Positions 55,631 through 64,000 of a DNA stretch of 64,000 bases are shown here, piece after piece (the first letter of the stretch is position 1; every line of letters begins with the position of its first letter). The notes below the pieces were generated by a model. The model searched no databases. It was not told the origin of the DNA and saw only the letters and a program-made list of their open reading frames with translations. Made by a program: the position numbers and the translations under genes. Origin of the DNA: an uncultured delta proteobacterium. Its GTDB lineage: Bacteria > Myxococcota_A > UBA9160 > SZUA-336. The stretch covers positions 96,001-160,000 of the forward strand of contig CAVPHD010000004.1 of NCBI GenBank assembly GCA_963704165.1, written 5' to 3'.

Positions 55631-58600
55631 TCAGACGAGCGCGCGCGCCTGTGAGGCGACCAGCGGCATCTCGAGCGATTCGGCGAGAGCCGACGCCGAC
55701 GCGGCGAGCTCACGTGCCGCTGCGGAGTCCCCCGGTGCGCTGCGCGCGCGAAGGGCCTGGGCAAGCCCGAGGCGAACGCGCGCCAGCATCGGGCGCGCGC
55801 CCTGTCGCTCGCTCGCGCGCTCCGCGCCGCGCAGGCGCGCAATGGCTTCGTCGCGTCTCCCAAGCGCCGACGCGAGTAGACCGAGCACGCGGTCCACCGA
55901 GCCAACACAGACGGCACCGAATGCCGGGGCCGCGTTCTCTCCAGCGTAGCGCTCGAGACGCTGCAGAATCTCGGCCGCGCAATCGCGCGCATTCAGCTCC
56001 GAGCAGACGTCCCCCAGCACCACGAGCGATACGACGCCATTGCTGTCCGCGAGTGGATCGGGAAGGCCGTCGCGGAACCAGGCCGCGAGCTCGGCGCGGG
56101 CTTCATCGAGCTTGCCGCCCTCGCAGAGCGCTTGTACGAAGGCCGCGCGCCAAAGCGAGATGCGCGCGAACTTCTCTCGGAGCCCGCGCAGTGGGCCTTC
56201 TACCTCCCCGACCCGACCCTGCTCGCGTCGAAGACTCGCGATCTGTCCGGCATGGTTCCGCGCTGAATCCTGTGATCGCGCGCGCAAACCCAAGGAGTTC
56301 GCAAGCACCGAGAGACGTTCCGCTTCATCGAAGCGTCCATCGATGAGCGCTCGCATCGCCCGATACAGTGGCGTGTACCAGCAGAAGAACGACGGTACGG
56401 ACAGTGACTCGACCTTGTGCGCGAGTCGTTCGATCTCCAAGTCCACTTCGTCGAGTCTTCCGCACTCGAGTTGACTCGCGATGTAGGGAGCCGACACGAG
56501 AAATCGAGCGGACGGGTCGCCGAGATCGTCCGCCAGGCAGATCAGTTCCGCCATGCGCGAAGCGCGTTCCGCCGCACGGAGCCGCGGCCAGACCCCGATG
56601 GACGCGTAGTACCCGACGAAGATGCGCGTTTCGGGGTCTGCCCGAGCGCCAAGCTCCACCGCCTCTTGCGCGAGTGCGACCCTGCGCTCGATGGTGCCGG
56701 GCACGAAGACGAGCTCGTTCGAAAGACGCGCCAGCACTCGCGCGCGAAGCGGACCGGGTGAACCGCGAGATGCGGACTCGGCGTCCTCGAGCAGGGAGAC
56801 GATGCGCGCGAAGGGTCCGCCCGACTCGGGTCCGCGCACGAAGAGCAGAAGTGCTGCACGCGCGAACGCGTCCGAATCGCCAAGCTGGCGCGCGAGGGTC
56901 GCGGCCTGCTCGGCAGCCTCGGCCGCCGGCCAGAGCGCGTTCGCTCGCGCATGCGCCTCGCCGAGCACGAGCAGAAGTCGCAGCTCTTCGCGCGCGTCAC
57001 GAACGCGGTCCATGCGCAGCGCTTCCAGCGCGCCCGCGAATCCGTGCGCGCTCTCGTCGTAGGCGCAACGGCGCAGCGCAATCCGCGCCGCGCGCTCCGA
57101 CCAGGTGAGGGCGGATGCGCTCGGCCCGCCCGCGCGCGCAATTGCGAGATAGTGAGCGGCGAGCTCGGACGCGACGCCCTCTGGATTGGTGGTGGCGCCG
57201 CGCTCGAGCGCCTCGGCAGCTCGTGCGTGATGCCGCGCGCGCTCTGCGCGCGAAAGACCCGCGAGCACGAGCTCGCGCGCGAGCGGATGCGAGAAGCGCC
57301 AGCTCCTCGAAGTCGCTCCGCAGGGCGCGAGCACGCCGAGACGCTCGAGCTCCTCGAGCCTGCTCGTCGCCTCCTTCACCGATGCTCCGAGCGCGTCGCA
57401 AAGGAGCCCGACCTCGACCTCCGCGCCGATCACGGCGAAAACAGCAAGCAGCTCGCGCGAGGCGTCCGACGCACGAGCGACCTTCGCGTCGAGAATCGCG
57501 CGCAGACTGGCCGGGGGTTCGGCCAGGGTCGAGTCGTGCGCGATCGACCCCGCGCCTCGCGCGCGCAGGTGGCGGACGAGCTCGGTCGTGAACAGCGGAT
57601 TCCCGGCGCCGGCTCGCCAGACGTAATCGCATAAGTCCGGCGACACTTCTGCTCCCCAGGTCTCGCGCACCAACGCTTCGGTCTCGGGTCGACCCAGCCG
57701 TTCGAGCCGAAGCACGTCGGCGTGCGGCAGGCGCTCGAGCAGCCCCAGACAGCTGCGCAGTGCAACGCTCGTCTCGAGCTCGTCGTCGCGCAGGGCGGCC
57801 AGGATGTACACACCGGAAGCGGCGATCTCTCGCGGCAGCAGCTCGAGCACGCGCAGCGAGCCGATGTCGGCCCACTGGATGTCGTCGAGCACGATCACGA
57901 TGGGACGCTTCCGTGCGACGAGCTCGAGCGCCGCCGCGAGTCCGTCGACGGTCTCGAACTCACTCGCGCCTGCGCGCAGCTCGGGCGCCGGGGTGTCGCG
58001 CTCCTGCTCCAGTCGACCCGCCGCTCCGCCGACCGCGACGCGCTCGCGGAGGCGGCGGATCCGCGCGCGCCGGCGCGGCTCGACCGTGGGCAGGGCGGCG
58101 AGCAGCGCGCGCGCGACGCGGATCCACGGCCAGAGCGCGGGCTGTCCGGACTCGGGCACGCACCAGGCCGTGCAGACGAGCGCGCCCTCGCTCGCAGCCT
58201 GCGCCGAAAGCTCGTCCGCCAGCCGCGTCTTGCCGATGCCGGCCTCGCCGCGGAGGATCCGCACGCGGCCCGCGCCCGCGCGAACGGCGCCGAGATCCGC
58301 GAGCAGAGCACCGAGCGCGTCCGCGCGCCCGATCAGCGCCGGGCCGCGGCGCTCGGATGCCGCGCGTCGAGCCGAATCCAGAGCGGAAGCGCGCAGCCGA
58401 TAGCCGCGCCGAGGGACCGTCTGAAGAACCCGGTCGCCTCGCTCGCGATCGGCGAGCGCGGCGCGGGCCAGGCTGATGGCGCGAGCGAGCGAGCTCGCAG
58501 TCACGTTCTCCTTCGGCCAGAGCTCGCGCAGCAGCTCGTCACCTGTGACTACGCGCTCGCGATTCCGAGCCAGGTAGAAGAGCAGCGCCAGGATCTTCGG

Positions 58601-58690
58601 TTGGACGAAGACGCGGTCGCCGCCGCGCCGTAGCTCCCAGAGGTCCTCGTCGAGCTCCCACTCATCGTCGGGGCCAAGGCCGTAGATCAT
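55631..58690 (-). CDS. Winged-helix (OmpR/CadC-type) plus STAND-like AAA ATPase plus helical-repeat transcriptional regulator
   Basis: ELLRELWP..TVPRRGYRL (wHTH); GEAGIGKT, LDDIQWAD, GNPLF, FSHPLAR. Confidence 0.88.
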   Translation of the reverse strand: MIYGLGPDDEWELDEDLWELRRGGDRVFVQPKILALLFYLARNRERVVTGDELLRELWPKENVTASSLARAISLARAALADRERGDRVLQTVPRRGYRLRASALDSARRAASERRGPALIGRADALGALLADLGAVRAGAGRVRILRGEAGIGKTRLADELSAQAASEGALVCTAWCVPESGQPALWPWIRVARALLAALPTVEPRRRARIRRLRERVAVGGAAGRLEQERDTPAPELRAGASEFETVDGLAAALELVARKRPIVIVLDDIQWADIGSLRVLELLPREIAASGVYILAALRDDELETSVALRSCLGLLERLPHADVLRLERLGRPETEALVRETWGAEVSPDLCDYVWRAGAGNPLFTTELVRHLRARGAGSIAHDSTLAEPPASLRAILDAKVARASDASRELLAVFAVIGAEVEVGLLCDALGASVKEATSRLEELERLGVLAPCGATSRSWRFSHPLARELVLAGLSRAERARHHARAAEALERGATTNPEGVASELAAHYLAIARAGGPSASALTWSERAARIALRRCAYDESAHGFAGALEALRMDRVRDAREELRLLLVLGEAHARANALWPAAEAAEQAATLARQLGDSDAFARAALLLFVRGPESGGPFARIVSLLEDAESASRGSPGPLRARVLARLSNELVFVPGTIERRVALAQEAVELGARADPETRIFVGYYASIGVWPRLRAAERASRMAELICLADDLGDPSARFLVSAPYIASQLECGRLDEVDLEIERLAHKVESLSVPSFFCWYTPLYRAMRALIDGRFDEAERLSVLANSLGLRARSQDSARNHAGQIASLRREQGRVGEVEGPLRGLREKFARISLWRAAFVQALCEGGKLDEARAELAAWFRDGLPDPLADSNGVVSLVVLGDVCSELNARDCAAEILQRLERYAGENAAPAFGAVCVGSVDRVLGLLASALGRRDEAIARLRGAERASERQGARPMLARVRLGLAQALRARSAPGDSAAARELAASASALAESLEMPLVASQARALV

Positions 58691-58864
58691 GCCCGCAACT
58701 TCCGTCACCAACTCGTCGCTATGGCGTGCGATTGTCGGGCGATCGGTGGGACGCCGCAACCACGCCCGCTGCCGTGCGGCTCCGGATTCACGGTCGCGGA
58801 TCGGGCGTCGCCGTCCGAATCGCCGAAGCCGGTCGTCGAAGCGACTTCCGTTCCGCTCTCCCGG

Positions 58865-59074
58865 GTGAGAGGTGAGAGCGTGAGCAGGTATGCGTCGCGC
58901 CGAGTCGATAGCGCGGGCAACACCTTGAATGGCAAGCTGCTCGTCGGGCGTGAGCCGTCGCGGAGCGGTCATCGACCAGACGCTGCGTGTCGTGGAGTCG
59001 CACCGCCATCTCACAGACCTCTCGGTCTCTTACCTCTCTCTTACTACCCTAGAGGAGTCTAGACGCGCTCTCAT
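58865..59074. promoter_or_regulatory. Cluster of TCTYAC hexamers, candidate operator
   Basis: TCTCTTAC at 59026 and 59037 (11-bp period), TCTCAC 59009, TCTCAT 59069; inverted GTGAGA 58865 and 58872, GTGAGC 58880. Confidence 0.4.
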
Positions 59075-59141
59075 CTTTCGAGGGACAATCAAGCCGGTAG
59101 ATAGTCTGGAACGACGGAGAACGGCTGGGAAGGCGGGGCGA

Positions 59142-60251
59142 ATGCCACGTGACGCGCGCACGCGACTGCGACCACTGATGCGACTCCTGGTCGTATTTGG
59201 TTGCCTTCTGCTCGCGCCCACACAGGTACACGCCGCGTTCTGGGACTACGCGACGATCGTCGCTCCGACGAAGCTGCAGAATCTCGAGTCGCGTCCGGTC
59301 GAGATCGTCGTGCAGTTCAAGTCCGGAGCCCGGCGAGATACGTTCCGCGCCTGGCTGAACGGGCGCTCGATCACCGACCGCCTCACCCCGACACCGACGG
59401 GTGTGCAGGGGTTCGTCGACGTGGCCGACGGGCTGCGCGTCGGGCTCGAGACCGACCCGCCGCTCGCGACGCTCAACGTCCTCACCACCTTGGTGGAGGG
59501 GCAGAGGAGGAGACTCGACGCCGACCTGCAGGTCTTCTTCGTGCGCGAGCGCAGCGTCGCCGTTCCGAACGTGCGCGGCCTGTCTTCGGAGGCCGCCGCA
59601 GCCGCGCTCGCGGCGGCCGGGTTCACGGTCGGCGCGGTCAGCGACGTGGTTCGAACTTCGATCCCGACCGGGATCGTGATCGAGCAGAGCCCACTTTCGG
59701 GAACGCTCGCGCCGCGCGGATCCGCCGTCGACCTGGTCCGCGTAGCCCCGCCGCCCCACGACATCGCGGTCCCCGACTCGTGGCGGGGCGTGTGGAACCT
59801 GGAGTTCACCTACACCGACACGGCGACCGGCCTGATCGACAACGTGATGCCAGTCTCGAACCCGATCTGCGCGGCCGACCCGATCGGCGTCGCGGCGCTC
59901 GAGGCCACGGCCGCGGCGAACCCCGCCGCCGGGCTCACGACCTGCACCGCCAGCGCGACCGACGACCGGATCGACATCTCCTGCACCGGTGAGTTCGAGC
60001 AGATCTTCTGCGCGGTACCGGTGACGGCGAGGATCACGCTGCAACGCTCCGGCGACTCGATCACCGGCGACGGCGAGTGGACGATCGGCGAGCCGTGCGG
60101 CATCCCGATCGATCGCCGCGGTCAGACGATCGAGATCGTCGGCCAGCGCGCGAGCGCGGATCCGGGCGCCGCGTGTGCCGGGCCGCCGTCGAGCCTCTTG
60201 CAGAAGTTCATGCGGAACAACCTGCTGCAACTTCTGGGCGGTCAGCTATGA
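59142..60251 (+). CDS. Secreted PASTA-domain protein
   Basis: Signal peptide ..QVHA; VPNVRGLS..GIVIEQSP..G..VDL PASTA motif; Cys-rich C-terminal domain; start 59142 or 59178. Confidence 0.78.
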   Translation: MPRDARTRLRPLMRLLVVFGCLLLAPTQVHAAFWDYATIVAPTKLQNLESRPVEIVVQFKSGARRDTFRAWLNGRSITDRLTPTPTGVQGFVDVADGLRVGLETDPPLATLNVLTTLVEGQRRRLDADLQVFFVRERSVAVPNVRGLSSEAAAAALAAAGFTVGAVSDVVRTSIPTGIVIEQSPLSGTLAPRGSAVDLVRVAPPPHDIAVPDSWRGVWNLEFTYTDTATGLIDNVMPVSNPICAADPIGVAALEATAAANPAAGLTTCTASATDDRIDISCTGEFEQIFCAVPVTARITLQRSGDSITGDGEWTIGEPCGIPIDRRGQTIEIVGQRASADPGAACAGPPSSLLQKFMRNNLLQLLGGQL

Positions 60252-63200
60252 GGCTGTTCGGTCGCCGGAGCGCGTCGCGCAAGGGGGGGCTCTACTCGTT
60301 CGCGGTCGCGCTTCAATTCTCGCTCGTCGCGATCGGGGCGTACCACATGCTCGGATGTGACGAGAATGCCGATTCAGAGGACCCTGACTACTCCTGCTCG
60401 GACACCCCCGTCACCGTCCACCCCGGCGGCTGCGCGAACATCGGGACCAGCTTCGGTGCGAACTGTGGAGCCACCGTCTGGAACAGCACGAGCACGTTCG
60501 CGCTCCCCAACTACTCGGATAGACGCGAGTTCTACACGCTCGGCGGGCCATCGATTGGCGGGGGCACCAGCGACCTGCAGATCTGCGCCCATGCGTGGGT
60601 GAATCCAAGCTACGGCTCCCCGCCCAAGAGCGTCGATGGGCGAGTCACCTTCGAGGATCCGGACGACGCCAGCCTGACGATCACCACGGGGGCCGATCTC
60701 CTGGTCACCGTCGACAACTCGCGCATCTGCAACCGGGAGCTGTGCATCCGCGCGAGCATCGACCAGACCGACCCCGCACTCGCACCCGACCAGGCCCGGC
60801 TCTCGGTCGTCGTCGACGCACCTCTCCTGACTTACTCGGTGATATGGACCGCGGACCGCGCGCCGAGCGGAATCACGCCCGGCGACGAGGACGAGACCTC
60901 GCTGGTGGTGACGCTTGCGCCCGGCTCGACGATCTACAGGGTCACGGTCCGGCGCACGACTAGCCTCCAGCTCGTCCTGTCAGTTTACGACCAGGTGACG
61001 GCAACCCTCGCCGGCGAGACCCAGCCGCCGGTGGCTGCGGACGACTCGGCTACGGTCGTCGTGGGCGGCGCGGTGACGATCGACCTGGCCGAAAACGATT
61101 CGGATCCTGACGGCGCGCTCGACCTGAATTCGATCGAGATCGTCACCGCACCGACGAACGGGTGGCTGGCGCTGAACTTCGACGGCACCGTCACCTACAC
61201 GCACGACGGCAGCGAGACCGTCGACGACGTGTTCGCGTACACGATCCGCGACGACGGCGACGAGGTCTCGAACGTCGCGACCGTGAACATCACCGTGACG
61301 CCTCCGAACGACCCGCCCGTGGCTGCGGACGACTCGGCCGTGGTGGACGAGGGCGGCACGGTGACGTTCGACCTGGCCGGGAACGATTCGGATCCTGACG
61401 GAGTGCTGGACCCGAGTTCGATCGAGGTCGTCGTGCCTCCGGCGAACGGCTCGGTGGCGATCAACTTCGACGGTACCGTCACCTACACGCACGACGGCAG
61501 CGAGACCGTCGACGACGTGTTCACGTACACCATCCGCGATGACGGCAACGCGGTTTCGAACGAGGCGACCGTGACCATCACGGTGACGCCCGTGAACGAC
61601 GCGCCCGAGGCTGTGCGCGACACGGCCGTGGTGGCGCCGGGCGGTACGGTGACGATCGACCTGGCCGGGAACGATTCGGACGCCGATGGCGCGCTGGACC
61701 TGGCGTCGATCGAGATCGTCGTGCTGCCGGCGTACGGCTCGTGGACGCTGAACGGCGACGGTACCGCCACCTACACGCACGACGGCGGCGAGAGCCTCTC
61801 CGACTGGTTCGGGTACACGATCCGCGACGACAGCGGTCTGGTCTCGAACATCGCGGCCGTGGACATCACCGTGACGCCGGTGGCCAGGGACGACTCGGCC
61901 GTGGTGGACGAGGGCGGCGCGGTGGAGATCGACCTGGCCGCGAACGATTCGGACACGGACAACGCGCTGGATCTGGCCTCGATCGTGATCGCCTCGGCAC
62001 CGGCGAGCGGCTCGGTGGTGCTGAACGGTGATGGCACCGTCACCTACACGCACGACGGCAGCGAGACCACCGGCGACGTGTTCACGTACACGATCAGCAA
62101 CGTGAGCAACGCGGTCTCGAACATCGCGACCGTCACCGTCACGGTGACGCCGCTGAACGACGCGCCGATCGCGGATGCCGGCGACGCCTTCGGCGTTCGG
62201 CTCAACCGCCAAGCGGATCTCGACGGGAGTGGCAGCTACGATCCCGACGACGGGCCGTTGCCGCTCATCTACCAGTGGACGTTCACCTACGTTCAGGACG
62301 GGAGCCTGCTCACGGACGCGGACATCGTGAACGCGGACGAAGCTCGGGCGAGCTTCCTCCCCGACGTCGTCGGCCGGTACGGGCTGCAGCTCCGCGTATC
62401 CGACGGTCTGGCGAACGGGATCGATCAGGTCAGTGTGACCGCCGGGAATACCGCGCCCCTCGCGGACCGGGACGCCTATTCGATCGACGAGGACGGCGTC
62501 CTGAACGTCGCCGCACCGGGTGTGCTCGCGAACGACGGTGATCTGGAGGCTGACCCGATCACCGCGGTGCTCCTGGCCGATCCGCCAAACGGCAGGCTGA
62601 CCCTGAACTCCGACGGCTCGTTCGAGTACACCCCCGAGGAAGACTTCAACGGTTCCGACATCTTCACCTACCGCGCCTTCGACGGGGACTTCTACAGCGA
62701 GGAGACGAGCGTCGAGATCACGGTCAACCCGATCAACGACGCGCCGATTGCGATCGCGGACGCCTACACCACTGACGAGGACGTGGCGCTCGAGGTGCCG
62801 CCGGACGGGGTGCTCGCGAACGACACCGACATCGACGGGGACGTCCTCACGGTCGCGCTCGTCACCGACGTCGCGAACGGCGCGCTGACGCTGAATCCCG
62901 ACCGCTCGTTCAGCTACGTTCCGAACGCGAACTTCAACGGTCCGGACGGCTTCACGTACACCGCGACGGATGGGGTCGAGACGACGGCGGTGACCGCGGT
63001 CTCGATCACCGTGGTGCCGGTCTCCGACCCGCCGCTCGCGAACGCGGGTCCGGACAGCGCCGTGCGCGTGGGCAGGCTCGCCAGCGTAGACGGAAGCGCG
63101 AGCTTCGACCCCGACACCGGCGCGCCGCTCGCATCGTTCCTGTGGACCTTCGCTTCGCTGCCGGCGGGCAGCGCGCTCACGAACGCCGACATCGCCGGCG

Positions 63201-64000
63201 CGGCCACCGCGCTCGCGAGCTTCACGCCCGATGTCCTCGGCACCTTCACGCTGAACCTCGAAGTCTCGAACGGGATCGACACGGCGAGCGACCAGGTGGA
63301 TGTACTCGCCATCAACTCCGCGCCCGTGGCGTTCGGCGACAGCTACGAGGTCGACGAGGACGAGACCCTCTCCGTCGCGGCGCCCGGCACGCTCGGAAAC
63401 GACACCGACGCCGACGGCGACGCGCTCACCGCGATCCTCTCGACCGACGTCAGCAACGGCACGCTGACGCTGAACGCCGACGGCTCGTTCGAGTACGCAC
63501 CGGCGGGCGACTTCAACGGCGCGGACAGCTTCAGCTACCGCGCCAGCGACGGGGACTTCGACAGCGAAGAGACGACCGTGTCGATCACGGTCAACCCGAT
63601 CAACGACGCGCCGGCCGCGGCTGCGGACGGCTACACCACCGACGAGGACGCGACGCTCGACGTGCTCGTCGCGGACGGCGTGCTCGCGAACGACGACGAC
63701 GTGGACGGCGACGTCCTCACGGTCGCGCTCGTCACCGACGTCGCGAATGGCACGCTGACGCTGAACCCCGATGGTTCGTTCAGCTACGTTCCGAACGCGA
63801 ACTTCAACGGTCCGGACGGCTTCACGTACACCGCGACGGATGGGGTCGAGACGACGGCGGTGACCGCGGTCTCGATCACCGTGGTGCCGGTCGCCGACCC
63901 GCCGATCGCGAACGCGGGTCTGGACGCCATCGTGCGCGTGAGCCGGCTCGCCAACGTAGACGGAAGCGCGAGCTCCGATCCCGACACCGGGGCACCCCTC
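60248..64000 (+). CDS. Giant repetitive adhesin-like lipoprotein (bacterial Ig/cadherin-like and PKD-like repeats), 3' truncated
   Basis: ATGA-coupled to PASTA gene; MRLFGRR..MLGC lipobox-like; same frame reads to window end (..DGSASSDPDTGAPL); absent from ORF track because it has no stop. Confidence 0.88.
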   Translation, partial: MRLFGRRSASRKGGLYSFAVALQFSLVAIGAYHMLGCDENADSEDPDYSCSDTPVTVHPGGCANIGTSFGANCGATVWNSTSTFALPNYSDRREFYTLGGPSIGGGTSDLQICAHAWVNPSYGSPPKSVDGRVTFEDPDDASLTITTGADLLVTVDNSRICNRELCIRASIDQTDPALAPDQARLSVVVDAPLLTYSVIWTADRAPSGITPGDEDETSLVVTLAPGSTIYRVTVRRTTSLQLVLSVYDQVTATLAGETQPPVAADDSATVVVGGAVTIDLAENDSDPDGALDLNSIEIVTAPTNGWLALNFDGTVTYTHDGSETVDDVFAYTIRDDGDEVSNVATVNITVTPPNDPPVAADDSAVVDEGGTVTFDLAGNDSDPDGVLDPSSIEVVVPPANGSVAINFDGTVTYTHDGSETVDDVFTYTIRDDGNAVSNEATVTITVTPVNDAPEAVRDTAVVAPGGTVTIDLAGNDSDADGALDLASIEIVVLPAYGSWTLNGDGTATYTHDGGESLSDWFGYTIRDDSGLVSNIAAVDITVTPVARDDSAVVDEGGAVEIDLAANDSDTDNALDLASIVIASAPASGSVVLNGDGTVTYTHDGSETTGDVFTYTISNVSNAVSNIATVTVTVTPLNDAPIADAGDAFGVRLNRQADLDGSGSYDPDDGPLPLIYQWTFTYVQDGSLLTDADIVNADEARASFLPDVVGRYGLQLRVSDGLANGIDQVSVTAGNTAPLADRDAYSIDEDGVLNVAAPGVLANDGDLEADPITAVLLADPPNGRLTLNSDGSFEYTPEEDFNGSDIFTYRAFDGDFYSEETSVEITVNPINDAPIAIADAYTTDEDVALEVPPDGVLANDTDIDGDVLTVALVTDVANGALTLNPDRSFSYVPNANFNGPDGFTYTATDGVETTAVTAVSITVVPVSDPPLANAGPDSAVRVGRLASVDGSASFDPDTGAPLASFLWTFASLPAGSALTNADIAGAATALASFTPDVLGTFTLNLEVSNGIDTASDQVDVLAINSAPVAFGDSYEVDEDETLSVAAPGTLGNDTDADGDALTAILSTDVSNGTLTLNADGSFEYAPAGDFNGADSFSYRASDGDFDSEETTVSITVNPINDAPAAAADGYTTDEDATLDVLVADGVLANDDDVDGDVLTVALVTDVANGTLTLNPDGSFSYVPNANFNGPDGFTYTATDGVETTAVTAVSITVVPVADPPIANAGLDAIVRVSRLANVDGSASSDPDTGAPL
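61028..62164 (+). repeat. Four intragenic tandem Ig-like units (period 288, 288, 273 bp)
   Basis: PVAxDD..NDSD.DG..TYTHDG..YTI units starting 61028, 61316, 61604, 61877. Confidence 0.9.
62165..64000 (+). repeat. Higher-order intragenic repeat (PKD-like + 2 cadherin-like units), period 867-870 bp
   Basis: PKD-like starts at 62165, 63032, 63902; 62906-63022 identical to 63776-63892. Confidence 0.88.

Noticed and set aside
61028..64000. CRISPR or non-coding tandem repeats
   Set aside because: Periods are multiples of 3 (273-870 bp) and encode Ig-like domains; no short repeat-spacer pattern or cas genes
1..64000. Mobile elements or prophage
   Set aside because: No transposase, integrase, phage structural genes or terminal repeats recognised

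Overview
High-GC (roughly 70% by eye, not computed), gene-dense chromosomal window from a diderm bacterium (Tat substrates, TolC, many lipoproteins). The gene repertoire resembles Myxococcota/Binatia-type genomes (inference). It holds about 53 protein genes, and I found no rRNA, canonical tRNA, CRISPR array or mobile element. Contents in order: the 3' part of a TTQ amine dehydrogenase operon (mauB/E/D/A-type, light chain closest to aromatic amine dehydrogenase) facing an ammonium transporter; a DedA/GT-C-like/sulfotransferase/GT4 glycan cluster; PepF; a GT1-SDR-esterase-WS/DGAT-HAD-reductase lipid cluster; PhoX; an LvaAB-like kinase pair; DsbA; transporters; GTP-PEPCK with sugar oxidoreductases; a histidine kinase plus degenerate FHA-GGDEF; a CusCBA-type Cu/Ag pump preceded by a Cys-rich, GPP-ending leader ORF; a MazG-like enzyme and an orphan methyltransferase; a ~250-nt structured non-coding segment with a near-consensus promoter ahead of an NdvB-like glucan synthase; rmuC; lgt divergent from a DUF4105/Lnb-like gene; and a wHTH-STAND regulator divergent from a PASTA protein and a giant repetitive adhesin that runs off the window and is missing from the ORF track. 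Three genes are broken by single-base indels that look like assembly errors. Best leads: (1) a putative copper-sensing ribosome-arrest leader on the cus operon, (2) the unidentified structured RNA at ~49245-49500, (3) the lgt-lnb pair, (4) the amine dehydrogenase with no visible MauG and a hydrophobic insertion, (5) the STAND regulator with candidate operator repeats and the adhesin operon. All family calls come from motif recognition by eye; no database searches were run.
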